Positions 1 to 13,777 are shown, counted from the first letter of the whole stretch. The stretch: 63,552 nt of DNA, filler included, from Octopus bimaculoides (GCF_001194135.2; 7 parts of 7 records of this genome joined end to end with filler, not necessarily neighbours in it), one strand, 5' to 3'. Translations and numbers: made by a program. The notes: generated by a model from the letters alone, not told the origin.

Positions 1-37
<37 letters not shown>

Positions 38-607
38 CATCCAGCCATGCATATGTACACAAACGTACACGTTCATACACACATATATTTTACTCGCATC
101 TGTCTCCTTGTCCACATGCATATCCGGCTTTGTGCTTTACAGTCTACCTGCTCGAGCGTGTCTGTCAGTTTGCCTGTCACTATGTCGCTTGTGTTCTCTC
201 AATGATACTCGAACAGAAACAAATTTATACCGCGTGCATACAAAAATACATTCGTACATACATACAAGCTTATGCACACACGCAGACATGAATACATCTG
301 TAATTCCAATACCCAAAATGCACTTTCGGCTTCTCACTCATTATCATTGGAGTGACCGGTATTTTTTATGAACTTTCCATCCCGTGGATTACAGAATGGC
401 TCAGTTGGGTATTTTGAAGAAAGATCGTAGCTCGTAGCTCTGTAAATGATACGCTGCAGATGAACCCGATGTCTAGAACAACATAAAACAGGCAAAGTTT
501 TGAAACTTTAAAGGGTAAATGTGGTTGAACGAAGAATGAGATCGACAACGGGACAAGTTATATTTTAAACGCTTGTCACAAAGCAATAATCAAGTCAAGG
601 AGAAGAA

Positions 608-655
<48 letters not shown>

Positions 656-684
656 AGAAACAAACATACATAAACACACGTTTT

Positions 685-1095
685 TTCTTTTATTCTTTCA
701 CTTGTTTCAGGCATTTGACTGGAGCCATGCTGGAGCACCGCCTTTCAGTCGAAGAAATCGACCCCTGGATTTATTCTTTGTAAGCCTGGTACTTATTCTA
801 TCGATCCCTTTTGTCAAACCACTAGATTATGGGTACGTAAACACACCAACATTAGTTGTCAAGTGATGGTGTTGTTGGTTGTGGCAAACACAGGCACAAA
901 GACACACACATACACGTATACATATATATATCGAACAGGCTTCTTTCAGTTTCTGTCTACCAAATCCACTCCCAAGACTTTGGACGGCCCGAGGCTATAG
1001 AAGACGACACTTGCACAAGGTGCCGCGCAGTGCGATTGAACCCGGGACTACGTGGTTGGGAAGCAAGCTTCTTACTACAGAGACACTCCTGCGCC
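685..1095 (-). mobile_element. tRNA-derived SINE, family A (complete)
   Basis: The head, degenerate in this copy, aligns to the family head seen at 7257 and 12729 (A-box TGGCTGTGTGG, B-box GGTTCAGTCCC). It has an internal CA/TA microsatellite and an A-rich tail. Homologous to copies at 7257, 12729, 25531, 40769 and 50700. Confidence 0.8.
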
Positions 1096-1393
1096 TATAT
1101 ACGTATATATGTATGTATGTACATACATATATACATATATATACATATATACATATATATATACATATATGTACGTATGTATGTATNNNNNNNNNNNNNN
1201 NNNNNNNNNNNNNNNNNNNNNNNNNNNNNNNNNNNNNNNNNNNNNNNNNNNNNNNNNNNNNNNNNNNNNNNNNNNNNNNNNNNNNNNNNNNNNNNNNNNN
1301 NNNNNNNNNNNNNNNNNNNNNNNNNNNNNNNNNNNNNNNNNNNNNNNNNNNNNNNNNNNNNNNNNNNNNNNNNNNNNTATATATATATATATA

Positions 1394-2089
1394 TATTATC
1401 CGTATTGTATATTCATCACGGCTGATCTTACCAATCGGTTTCACGCTTAGGGTACGGTTGAGTGTTACGTAACAATCCGATTATATAGCCCTACGCTCAT
1501 CAGAGGTAGCCAATATGGAATAAGATATAGCGACTGCTCTCTATTGTTATTGAAAGGGCACATCCGGTTTGTGCTTGCTGTAAAATGGTGATGAAACGAA
1601 CGGAGCAGAGGATTTAGTCAAGAGTTATGTTTCTTGGTACCGAGACATCGTCTCCGGGTTGGTTATACTGTAAGTCGGAAAAAGCTATCATGAAGTGTTT
1701 GTGGGAGTTGTGTACGTCTTTCAGCTTGGTATTCTTTGGGAAAATGGGATAAATGTAGTGGTATTGTATGTATAACTTCTGCCGGGGGTGCAGGCGTCCA
1801 TTACTGTATTCGCTAGTGTGTTTTCATTCGGTATTAGTTAAGGTCATGAGGGCTTTATTTGTGCATGCAGTGTGTGTAGGGCTACAATGCGCGTGTTGCA
1901 GTTTATATTGGAGGTGGTGGGGAAACGGTCTATATGGTAGGTGCCTACTGTGTTGGGGCGTGCGTGTTTGTATGGAGGTGCGTTGGTTATATAATCGGAT
2001 GGTTACCTAACTCCGTTGTACCCCGAGCGCAAAACCGATTGGTAAGATCAGCCTAGATGGATATATAATACTGTACGTTCCGGATAATA
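1394..2089. mobile_element. MITE-like element with ~100-bp imperfect TIRs
   Basis: 1394-1490 is inverted at 1985-2089, with a perfect core ggctgatcttaccaatcggttt. Ends tattatccg / cggataata have TA flanks. No ORF was recognised inside. Confidence 0.7.
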
Positions 2090-2133
2090 TACTCACTCAG
2101 TTGACAGATATACGACTTATGGACCTTTTGGCA

Positions 2134-2164
<31 letters not shown>

Positions 2165-2308
2165 TGCATGTATGTATGTATGCATGCATGCATGTATGTA
2201 TGTATGTATGTATGTATGCATGCATGTATCTATCTATCTTCATACAAACATATACATACATATACATATGTATACCTATATGTATACGTATGTATATTTA
2301 TACCCACA

Positions 2309-2343
<35 letters not shown>

Positions 2344-2532
2344 TTAGAGTGAAATCTATTTGCCAACGTAAAGTGGCAGTCCTGATTAGGACGTTGTTAC
2401 TACCAATTTTGGCCCCAGGAAAACATCTTTTCCAACTGGCTATCAGCGCACAACTGCGTCCTTGTACCTCGAACAAGGGAGCTAATACCCACATTCTTAC
2501 TCCTCACTCAGAGATTTAAAACTAATTGTATA

Positions 2533-2668
<136 letters not shown>

Positions 2669-3363
2669 TGCTCACACACACATCAATATACAGATATATA
2701 TATAGATGTGTGTGCGTGCGTGTTTGTGTGTGTGTGTGTGTAACAGAGTAAACAGTTGTGTTGAGTTGGTTGGTCTTTATGTCAGAAGTTGTAAACTATC
2801 CATTCGAGATTGTGAGATGGAGACAAATAGGTATCAAATCGAACTAAGGAGAAAGTCGATTATGAATCTGATGTGAAGGCGATGCTGTAGCATGGCCGTA
2901 GTCCATCGACTGAATCTAATAAGAGAATATCAACTTCTGTTGATTATGTTTTTGTGTTTTATTGTTCTTAACCTTTCTCGTTTTCGTTTTCACATTAAAA
3001 AAAAATTATATTAAGTTGAAATCCTCGTTAAGAAACAATCAGTTAATTGTTAATTAAGAATCAATTAGAATGTTGGCCAACCACAGGAGATTTTGTTAAT
3101 TAATGCTGTTATTGAGACAGAAATAATTTTCAGTTAATTAATAATTTCCATTACCGACCGTCAACCCGCCACCCACAGAGCTCCCCCCTCCTATCCACCA
3201 CTGCTTCGTTCAAATCTCGTGCTAAACGTAATTTTAACATATTATTTAACGAGAGCAGAGGTCAAATTGGCGTGTGGCTAATACAGCAAGGTTTTTGTGT
3301 TTTCGTCGTGAGTTCGAATACTAACGAAATAAAAGTGCCCTGGTAATTCTCAGAACGTTATGT

Positions 3364-3700
3364 GAGGTGGCAAATTAGCAGAGTTGTCATGGGATTTGCA
3401 CTCCGAGTTCAAATCCCAGGGCAGTCAATTTCACTTTTCCTTCTTTCGTGGTCAATAAAATAAAATACCAGTCTTCTTTTAGAGTGGATGTAATCGACTG
3501 AGACCTCTTCTCAAATTGTTGGCCTTGTGCCTAGACCAGAGCCCTTGAAAGGGTGGAGTTTTAGCCGAATAGATAGAACATCGGACAAAATGCCTTGCAG
3601 TAATTATTCTAATTCTTCTGGGTTCAAATTTTGCAGCAGACAAATTTGCTTTTATGCAATCCGGGGTCGAAAACATAATGTGCTACTAAGCAATCGACTA
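3364..3700 (+). mobile_element. Two decayed SINE family B copies
   Basis: gagttcaaatccc...atgtaatcgact...ggccttgtgcctaga, then gggttcaaatttt...ggggtcga. Confidence 0.55.
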
Positions 3701-4549
3701 GAATTTGAAATGAAATGCCGTTAAGCATTTCATTGAAAATAATAATGATAACAAGAGCACTTGATAACAAGGCAACACCAACGTCCTTTCAACGATTATC
3801 CAGAGATGATTTTTAAAATGAGAATATTTGAAATAAATTCCACCGCTCTCAAAAATTGAGAAAAAAAAAAAAGAAAAAAAAAAACGGAGAAATCCAAGAT
3901 CCTTGTCCAGAACCTGATCGATCCCAATGGTAGTCATGGAATGTGAAGGTGGGTGTGCGGGCCGTGTTTGTAATGTTGTGTGTGGGTCGTTTGCAGTGGG
4001 AACAGGTACAGTTTTCTCTATGAAGGCTTTTTAGCCTATCCACTGACATAGTGTCATTATGACAATTAAGGTCTATATTGAAAAATTTATCCGTGCGTGA
4101 AAGAAAACGGAAAGGACCTGCATTCGGTGCTGTTAACGGAGGTTTAACAACATCGTTGCGTACAAAAACGTGAGTCCAAGAAGTAGAGCTTCCTTCAAGG
4201 CAGAGCTAGAAATGCAATTATCAAGTAGCTAAGAGGTTTTAAACCTGAGCGATATATTTAAAATTGGTAAAACTAAAAATTGTCGAAGATAAATTAAATA
4301 TATTATTATTACTGAATATGTCAGTGCTATTTAATTTCTGAACGGTTTTGCTACCTTTTGTTTATGCAGTTTGATTTATTTATCCATCAGTTTCTACTAA
4401 GATAGAGACGCGAGTAAAATTAAAAATAGAGAAACGAAAATAATACTTTAGAAACAGCAACGCCGTCATAACTTACGTGGAAACTATAAGCGTGCTCTCA
4501 AGACAGATAATCAGAGAAAGACTTGAAAGTGAACATAAGATCGTAATAA

Positions 4550-4772
4550 CTTCATATAAAGTAAAGTAAAATGTGACAAATAATCCAGAATCCTTGTCTG
4601 GTATTGGGTCGATCCCAAAATCTAATCAGTTCGTGCCAGTAACGAGGCCAAACATCTCTGAAAGTTTCATCCGAATCTATCCAACGGTTCTTGAGATATC
4701 TCGTCCACGACAAACAAACAAACAAACACGACTGAAAATAATACCTCCGCCTTCGCTAAGACGGAGGTAATA
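4550..4772 (+). mobile_element. Helentron/HINE-like non-autonomous element
   Basis: Internal (CAAA)n microsatellite followed by a subterminal hairpin tacctccg...cggaggta (4742-4769), the architecture described for HINE/DINE-1 elements. Confidence 0.5.
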
Positions 4773-4774
4773 AC

Positions 4775-5368
4775 TGCTTCGTCTATCTTTACGTTCTGAG
4801 TTCAAATGCCGCCGGGGTCGACTTTGCCTTTCATCCTTTCAGAAGTCAATAAAGTAAGTACCAGTTGAGGACTGGGGTAGATGTAATCGATTTAGTCTCT
4901 CGCCCAAAACTGCTGGCCGTATGGCAAAATTTGAAGCCATTATTATTTTCAACTTTAAGGAGTCGAACTGGCAGAATTGATAGCACACCAGGCAAAATGC
5001 TTAACAGTATTTCGTCTGTCTTTACGTTCTGAGTTCAAATTCTGCCGAGGTCAACTTTACCCTTCATCCATTCGGGATCGGTAAAATAAGTATCAGTTGA
5101 ACACTGGGGTCGATGTAATCGGCTAGCTCCTACCCCTGAAATTGCTGGCCTTGTGCCAAAATATGAAATCCTAATTATTTTCAAATTTCAGGCGGCAAGT
5201 TGGTAGAATCATCATCACGCCGGACCAAATACGTATCGGCATTTCGTCGATCATTAAGGTCTGAGTTCAAATTCTGCCATGGTCGATTTTGCCTTTCCTT
5301 CTTTCGGGGTCGTTGAAATAAATATCAGTTGGGCACTGGAGTCGATATAATCGATTAACCATTTCTAC
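4775..5368 (+). mobile_element. Three tandem copies of tRNA-derived SINE family B
   Basis: Units start at ~4775, ~4958 and ~5190. Each has gagttcaaat (B-box), gtcgactttgcctttcatcc and ctggggtcgatgtaatcga. Confidence 0.8.
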
Positions 5369-5642
5369 NNNNNNNNNNNNNNNNNNNNNNNNNNNNNNNN
5401 NNNNNNNNNNNNNNNNNNNNNNNNNNNNNNNNNNNNNNNNNNNNNNNNNNNNNNNNNNNNNNNNNNNNNNNNNNNNNNNNNNNNNNNNNNNNNNNNNNNN
5501 NNNNNNNNNNNNNNNNNNNNNNNNNNNNNNNNNNNNNNNNNNNNNNNNNNNNNNNNNNNNNNNNNNNNNNNNNNNNNNNNNNNNNNNNNNNNNNNNNNNN
5601 NNNNNNNNNNNNNNNNNNNNNNNNNNNNNNNNNNNNNNNNNN

Positions 5643-5680
<38 letters not shown>

Positions 5681-5868
5681 GTATATACACATAGACGCAT
5701 ACACACATATAAATATATAAACATAGATAGATACATACATAAATGAACATATACAATGCACCACAGACACACACGCACACTCACAGATATGCATATATGT
5801 ATGCATGCTTATATAGTTATCTACGTTTCCAGGTATGTGTGTTTGTGTGTGTTTGTGTGTGTGTATGT

Positions 5869-5914
<46 letters not shown>

Positions 5915-6404
5915 AAGCTAAAGGAAAAATGGTAGATGTATATTTGTAGATGAACAGTTGTTGATTCCAACGTCCAAATGATGTCTATGTCAGTTCTACC
6001 AAACCTGCATACATGTACCTACAAGTATACACACACACACACACACATAAACACATATCTGTCTATGTGCGTGTGTAGTATGTGTATGTTTATGTATGTA
6101 CGTATGTATGTATGTATGCATGTGTGTATGTATGTACGTACGTACGTATAAGTATCTACGAAAATTGAGATAGCCGTCTTACCAGAGAGAATTCATTATC
6201 TTACATAACTTGCCTTTGCCCAAAGCAAAACTCTCGGATGGTGATTACATTTATTTGATCTTACTAATCTAGGAGTGTCCACACAAGCTTATGACACTCT
6301 CCCTTCGCCGCTGATTTATTATGGTTAAATGAACCGACGTTGGGAAACACTACGCAGTCGCTTACAACAACATCAACCAGATCTTTCAGATATAACTCCA
6401 CCGC

Positions 6405-6457
6405 TTCTGTCCGTCCGTCCGTCCGTCCGTCCGTTCGTCCGTTCGTCCGTTCATCCA

Positions 6458-6523
<66 letters not shown>

Positions 6524-6705
6524 GGTCTGTCTCTCTGCTTGTCTCTGACTTTCTATGTCTGTCTGTCCGTCTGTCTGTTTCTCTCTGTCTGTTTATCACT
6601 CTATCTCTATGTCTGTTTGTCTGTCTCTGTCTCTCTGTCTCTGTCTGTTTGTCTGTCTATCTGTCTCTGTCTGTGTGTCTGTCTATCTGTTTCTCTCTCT
6701 CCTTT
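6405..6705. repeat. Compound (TCCG)n/(TCTG)n microsatellite
   Basis: Directly visible. Confidence 0.9.
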
Positions 6706-7256
6706 CATGTTCCTGTTTCCAGATATCGGCAATCAAGGACCTCAATATTAAATTCCGGAAAAACCTGATTTTTCTAAGGAAAGATACAGCATTACTTTCC
6801 AACTACCTTTTTATTTACTATTTATCGGCAGATCCCTCCTTTAGTCTCCTACTCTGCTAGGCTTACTCTTGAGGCACAGGGTCTACTTAACCCTGAGGTA
6901 AGGGCGAACTAGTTTACATCATATAAAAACATGTTTACAAACAAATGGACCTGTGTTGAGCATCCCATACCCGAGTCCCCTATGCCGTCGCCACAGGACC
7001 GTCTTCTGCTATTTGAATCGGGGTGACTCTATATTCGTCCAAATTTCTGAATACCCCAGCTGGAGCTACACCATCTGATGTAGTTGAATGTCTTGCCCAA
7101 GATACAAATCATATCGATTAAAAATAATAAAAGTACACGTTTGGATAATGTACTGTTTTGTCCATTCTAGAAAAAGATGGGATGGTTACGGTTGGAATGC
7201 CGTTACTCATAGGCTTGCTAAAATAAGGACTTATGTCCTGCAATTTTGAACATCAG

Positions 7257-7573
7257 GGCGCAGGCGTGGCTGTGTGGTCAGAAGCCTTACTTCTCAACCA
7301 CATGCTTCCGAGTCCAGTCCCACTGCGCGGTACCTTGGGCAACTGTCTTCTACTATAGCCTCGGGCCGACCAAAGCCTTGTGAGTGGATTAGGTAGGCGG
7401 AAACTGAAAGAAGCCCGTCTTTGTTTGCCCTCCCACCGTCGCTTGACAACCGTAACTGAGCGGTCCTGCAAAAGAGAGCGATAAAATAAGTACTAGGCTT
7501 ACAAAAAATAAACCCTAGGGTCAATTTCGTCGACTAAAAGCCCTTTAAGGTGGTGCTCCAGCATGGCCACAAT
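7257..7573 (+). mobile_element. SINE family A copy
   Basis: Head ggcgcaggcgtggctgtgtgg...; body matches the reverse complement of 685-1095. Confidence 0.8.
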
Positions 7574-10173
7574 NNNNNNNNNNNNNNNNNNNNNNNNNNN
7601 NNNNNNNNNNNNNNNNNNNNNNNNNNNNNNNNNNNNNNNNNNNNNNNNNNNNNNNNNNNNNNNNNNNNNNNNNNNNNNNNNNNNNNNNNNNNNNNNNNNN
7701 NNNNNNNNNNNNNNNNNNNNNNNNNNNNNNNNNNNNNNNNNNNNNNNNNNNNNNNNNNNNNNNNNNNNNNNNNNNNNNNNNNNNNNNNNNNNNNNNNNNN
7801 NNNNNNNNNNNNNNNNNNNNNNNNNNNNNNNNNNNNNNNNNNNNNNNNNNNNNNNNNNNNNNNNNNNNNNNNNNNNNNNNNNNNNNNNNNNNNNNNNNNN
7901 NNNNNNNNNNNNNNNNNNNNNNNNNNNNNNNNNNNNNNNNNNNNNNNNNNNNNNNNNNNNNNNNNNNNNNNNNNNNNNNNNNNNNNNNNNNNNNNNNNNN
8001 NNNNNNNNNNNNNNNNNNNNNNNNNNNNNNNNNNNNNNNNNNNNNNNNNNNNNNNNNNNNNNNNNNNNNNNNNNNNNNNNNNNNNNNNNNNNNNNNNNNN
8101 NNNNNNNNNNNNNNNNNNNNNNNNNNNNNNNNNNNNNNNNNNNNNNNNNNNNNNNNNNNNNNNNNNNNNNNNNNNNNNNNNNNNNNNNNNNNNNNNNNNN
8201 NNNNNNNNNNNNNNNNNNNNNNNNNNNNNNNNNNNATATACATATATAAGAATTAGCGTGGAGGGGGCAGAGGGAAAAAAGATAACACAAAAACATATTC
8301 TATTCAGAATGTGATACACAGGATCAAAAGTATATTTTAACCTGTCAAAAGTGAGAGGAAATACAGTGTTTGTTTGATCCACTCTCTCACTTTGTGGGGG
8401 CTTTGTACTCTTTCTTTCTTTCTTTCTTTCTTTTTTTTTTTGAAACTCTGCTTTTCTATTGCTGTTTATGACTCTTTATGCTTCTCTGTCATTTTCAATA
8501 GTAATCGCTCTAGCCCCCAGTCATTTTCTGTGTAAATCTGCTTGTGTATCGGTCGGTTGGTCGGTCTGTCCGTCTGTCTGTGTGTCAGCATGTTTGTATT
8601 GTCTGTATGTCTGTTAGTCCGTATGTCTGTACGGTTGTTATTCTTTTCTTTTGTATCACTGATCTAAATAAGTTGTTTGAGTGTAAGTTTTATGTGTGTG
8701 TGTGTGTGAGTATATAAATGCATGTATATTAATATATATATATATATATATTTATATATGACGTTGACCACTAACGTGGACATTTAATATGCTAGAAATA
8801 GATCACATCTTGTGTCTAAAAAGACCTAAATTGTTCTCAACATGATATATAGCGTGATACCAAAACGTAAGCGGGCAAGACATTTAAAATCACCGAAAAG
8901 GAACATTATTAAACAGGTACCGGTTTCAAATTTAACAATCTTACCGACTGTCTATTTCTCTTCTGCCTGATTTGTAATGGAACCATAATCATCAGAACAC
9001 CATACAAAGTTGCCCNNNNNNNNNNNNNNNNNNNNNNNNNNNNNNNNNNNNNNNNNNNNNNNNNNNNNNNNNNNNNNNNNNNNNNNNNNNNNNNNNNNNN
9101 NNNNNNNNNNNNNNNNNNNNNNNNNNNNNNNNNNNNNNNNNNNNNNNNNNNNNNNNNNNNNNNNNNNNNNNNNNNNNNNNNNNNNNNNNNNNNNNNNNNN
9201 NNNNNNNNNNNNNNNNNNNNNNNNNNNNNNNNNNNNNNNNNNNNNNNNNNNNNNNNNNNNNNNNNNNNNNNNNNNNNNNNNNNNNNNNNNNNNNNNNNNN
9301 NNNNNNNNNNNNNNNNNNNNNNNNNNNNNNNNNNNNNNNNNNNNNNNNNNNNNNNNNNNNNNNNNNNNNNNNNNNNNNNNNNNNNNNNNNNNNNNNNNNN
9401 NNNNNNNNNNNNNNNNNNNNNNNNNNNNNNNNNNNNNNNNNNNNNNNNNNNNNNNNNNNNNNNNNNNNNNNNNNNNNNNNNNNNNNNNNNNNNNNNNNNN
9501 NNNNNNNNNNNNNNNNNNNNNNNNNNNNNNNNNNNNNNNNNNNNNNNNNNNNNNNNNNATATATAAAAGATAATAAGAGTGAAAAAACTACAGAAGGCTT
9601 GTGTTACATGGTTAAAGTATATATTTAAATTATGTCAGAAAAATGTTAGAAAAATGTTATAAAATCTTTTTGGTATATAAACATTGTATTTTGAGAAATA
9701 ACCGGTTTTGTGTTGTCTTTTCAAATTTCTCTACTTCATTGTAACGTGTTCGCTCATATATATATATATTTATATGTATGCATATATACACACAAGAATA
9801 TATATGCGTGTATGCATATGCATGCATATATGTGCGTGCATGGACACACACATAGCACAAATGAAATATGCATAACACAATGCTAAACCAACGGTCAACT
9901 GGATCAGTTAAAATTATACATGAGTGTTTGTATATGATGAGTGTGTATGTGTGTTTGTGTGTGTGTTTGTGTTTGTGTGTGCGTGCGTATCTGCACGTGT
10001 GCGTGTGTGTTTGTGTGTATAAATGTTAAACAGGCGTCAAAAATAAAAAGAAAGAATTCAGATTCGGGAAGTTACAATCAACACATATATGTGGGCATTT
10101 GATCAAGATAACATTAATCCAAAATTAAAACATATATTAATAAATCGAACATAGAAAATTATAGGACTATTAA

Positions 10174-10205
<32 letters not shown>

Positions 10206-11732
10206 ATGGGTGTGTGTTGTAAATACCAGTGTGNNNNNNNNNNNNNNNNNNNNNNNNNNNNNNNNNNNNNNNNNNNNNNNNNNNNNNNNNNNNNNNNNNN
10301 NNNNNNNNNNNNNNNNNNNNNNNNNNNNNNNNNNNNNNNNNNNNNNNNNNNNNNNNNNNNNNNNNNNNNNNNNNNNNNNNNNNNNNNNNNNNNNNNNNNN
10401 NNNNNNNNNNNNNNNNNNNNNNNNNNNNATCTCGAGTATAACCAGCCGAAACTGCAAAGATAATCTGGAACTCGACTGAGGAAAGAAAACTCCGAATGAC
10501 CCGTCCTTGTTTTCTTTGTATCGTCTATCTGGATGTTTTGTTGTCCCTTTTTCTCCTTATTTCTTCTGTCCCTCTGTCTCTACCTCTCTCTCTTCTCTCC
10601 CCACGTGACTGGTGTTCGGCCAAGCCTGATCTTTCTTTCTTGGTTCGGCCGCCGTCCGTGCAACATCTTTATTCCTCCCTGTGCCTGTGAAACCTTGTAT
10701 CCCTGCCGTAAGGCTTTACTTCCACACACGCCAGCTTAATTTAATTCGTCCTTAGTCGAAAGACACTTGTTATGTCCTGTTATTTGTATTTGTGTAACAT
10801 ACTCTGTTTTTTTCCCCTCCTTGTTTTCGTATACGTTCGATGCTTTCTTCCAAGGAATCTAATGCTCTTAGCTTAGTTTTTCCTTGGGGCTGGCCAGATA
10901 GGAGCAATCTCGAGTATTTCCCAATCACATAGTTCGAAATTCACTCCCACTGCATGGCACACGAACCACCCCAAGCATTTTGAGTGGATTTGGTAGGACG
11001 GAAACTGAAAGAAGTCTATAGTGTATGTGTGTGTCTTTGTATATATATATATATATNNNNNNNNNNNNNNNNNNNNNNNNNNNNNNNNNNNNNNNNNNNN
11101 NNNNNNNNNNNNNNNNNNNNNNNNNNNNNNNNNNNNNNNNNNNNNNNNNNNNNNNNNNNNNNNNNNNNNNNNNNNNNNNNNNNNNNNNNNNNNNNNNNNN
11201 NNNNNNNNNNNNNNNNNNNNNNNNNNNNNNNNNNNNNNNNNNNNNNNNNNNNNNNNNNNNNNNNNNNNNNNNNNNNNNNNNNNNNNNNNNNNNNNNNNNN
11301 NNNNNNNNNNNNNNNNNNNNNNNNNNNNNNNNNNNNNNNNNNNNNNNNNNNNNNNNNNNNNNNNNNNNNNNNNNNNNNNNNNNNNNNNNNNNNNNNNNNN
11401 NNNNNNNNNNNNNNNNNNNNNNNNNNNNNNNNNNNNNNNNNNNNNNNNNNNNNNNNNNNNNNNNNNNNNNNNNNNNNNNNNNNNNNNNNNNNNNNNNNNN
11501 NNNNNNNNNNNNNNNNNNNNNNNNNNNNNNNNNNNNNNNNNNNNNNNNNNNNNNNNNNNNNNNNNNNNNNNNNNNNNNNNNNNNNNNNNNNNNNNNNNNN
11601 NNNNNNNNNNNNNNNNNNNNNNNNNNNNNNNNNNNNNNNNNNNNNNNNNNNNNNNNNNNNNNNNNNNNNNNNNNNNNNNNNNNNNNNNNNNNNNNNNNNN
11701 NNNNNNNNNNNNNNNNNNNNNNNNNNNNNNNN

Positions 11733-11790
<58 letters not shown>

Positions 11791-12728
11791 CATATGACAT
11801 CGAGAAAAGCTCAATACAGAAAACACTTAGTTGGTCTCAAATTATTTAAACCTACACTCCAATATCTTCAAGGATCAAGTCAGTCCCAATTTCATATGTT
11901 GTCTCTATACCTTTTGTTCGACCGAGCGCTGCCTATAGATTACATTCCTGGATATATATGTATATATATATGCTCTTAACTTAGACTTTTTGGGAGCAAC
12001 CAGATCGAACCATCTGAAGTGTAACTGCTCGAAATGGCCGTGACTTCTGGGACTTGACTGATGAAAGAAAGCCAAGAATGACTCCGTATTGGGCATATCC
12101 ACAAAGAGGGATTTCTACATGGAGGTCTAATTGCAGAAAACAAATGACTTCAATACTCGAACGGGTTGGAGAGCTCTTTACATGTATATATATTTTGTAC
12201 ATTAAAACCCATATCCGTTCACTTGGATTCCCTTTATAGCCATTCTATACCCTGCTGATTTGGTCCTCGGTGAAAATGCTGGAGTGTAAGTTCAAATCAT
12301 TTGAGCGCTACAAAATGTTTTCTGCACTCAGATTCTCTTGTTCTCATATATTATCTCTATATCCTTTGCTCGATTGAGAACTACCCATAGACCACATTCA
12401 TGTGTATGTGTGTGTGTATATATATATATATATTTGTGTGTGTGTGTGTGTATGTGTTTGTGTGTGTGTGTATGTGTTTGTGTGCGTGCGTGTGTGTATG
12501 TGTGGTATGTGTGGTGTGTGTGTGAAACCATAAAGCTAGGCGGTATGGACGTTTGAGAAGTGAATATATATTTATTTAACCATGTGAGTTTCATTGGATT
12601 ACGGCTGTTTCGCAACCATGTTTATGTATCAATTTCCGTTTCGTAGAAATTGTTCGTAAATGTTTGCATTACTAAGTATGCTCAACTGTAGTACAATTGT
12701 ATATTCATATATTCATAATATACATATA

Positions 12729-12862
12729 GGCGCAGAGGTGGCTGTGTGGTAAGGCGCGTGCTTCCCAACCACATGGTTCCGGGTTCAGTCCCACTGCGTG
12801 GTACCTTGGGCAAGTAGCTTTTACTATAATCTCGGGCCATTCAAAGCCTTGTGAGCGGATTT
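12729..12862 (+). mobile_element. SINE family A head (cut by gap)
   Basis: ggcgcagaggtggctgtgtggtaagg...ggttcagtcccactgcg. Confidence 0.75.
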
Positions 12863-12962
12863 NNNNNNNNNNNNNNNNNNNNNNNNNNNNNNNNNNNNNN
12901 NNNNNNTTAATTAATTAANNNNNNNNNNNNNNNNNNNNNNNNNNNNNNNNNNNNNNNNNNNN

Positions 12963-13401
12963 CAATAGACCAGATATAGTTGTCAAAGACCATGACGAAA
13001 AAAATGCTTTCTAATTGATGTATCAATACCAGCAGATGACAACGTTTCCCTAAAAGAAATGGAGAAACTATCAAATTACAAAGACCTGGAAATAGAGGTA
13101 ACTCGAATGTGGAATCTAAAAACAGAAACAATTCCTATCATAGTAGGTGCCTTAGATATAATAAAAAATATTCAGACAAATACATAACAAAAACACCAGG
13201 ACTTACAAATATATATAACATACAGAAAATTGTACTACTGGGCACTGCACACATCCTACGCAAAACACTTTCAATACAGTAACCATAAGAGCATCACAGC
13301 AAACCACAGCACATGCCCAAGGCAAACAGAGCTGCGCTCGGTAGTAAAGTGAAAGCACGTTATAAAAATAAAACAACTGAATAATAATAATAATAATAAT
13401 A
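12963..13401 (+). mobile_element. 3' end of a second R4-like family (REL domain, 3'UTR, AAT tail)
   Basis: Encodes NRPDIVVKD...IDVSIP...YKDLEIEVTRMWNLKT...QKIVLLGTAHILRKTLSIQ-stop, followed by a 3'UTR and (AAT)n. Confidence 0.85.
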
Positions 13402-13777
13402 AAATTACAATGCAATCATTTAAAAATTGAAGTAGGAAGAATTTGGAGCATGAGAACAGTAAAGATCGTGTCTATAATATTTGGTGCGTTGGGAACAGCA
13501 AGCCAAAATATAGACAAATGGCTGAAGGAGATTGAAATAGAATTCCCGATAGAGCTTCTGCAGAAATTTTGTCTCTTAGGGACAGGAAGGATTATCAGGA
13601 GGGTTCTAAGCACTTGAAAGACTGGCAAAAACGTGTGGATACCTACGGTTACATGTAACCTGCTACCCACATAAATCCTACCAGGAATAAGAGCTTTGTT
13701 TCAATGATGATGATAATGATGATGATAATAATAATGATAATAATAATAATAATAATAATAACAATAATAATAATAAT
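13402..13777 (+). mobile_element. 3' fragment of a third R4-like family with GAT/AAT tail
   Basis: Encodes LKIEVGRIWSMRTVKIVSIIFGALGT...LLQKFCLLGTGRIIRRVLST-stop, followed by a distinct 3'UTR and a trinucleotide tail. Confidence 0.7.

Noticed and set aside
4775-5368. Regularly spaced repeats superficially resembling a CRISPR array (also 24827-24950)
   Set aside because: The units are whole SINEs or a minisatellite with no unique spacers. The context is eukaryotic and no cas genes are present.
6329-6400. [10 protein letters not shown] resembling a GIY-YIG helix
   Set aside because: The match is too short and lacks the upstream YIG motif.
12050-12180. Peptide HIHKEGFLHGGL resembling a kinase catalytic loop
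   Set aside because: The catalytic Asp/Lys are missing, the frame is closed by stops, and no other kinase motifs are present.
12863-12962. TTAATTAATTAA centred in N-runs, also at 20937, 31039, 37209, 47568 and 60734
   Set aside because: Each is exactly 44 N + 12 bp + 44 N = 100 bp. This is an artificial scaffolding spacer with stops in all frames, not a biological motif.
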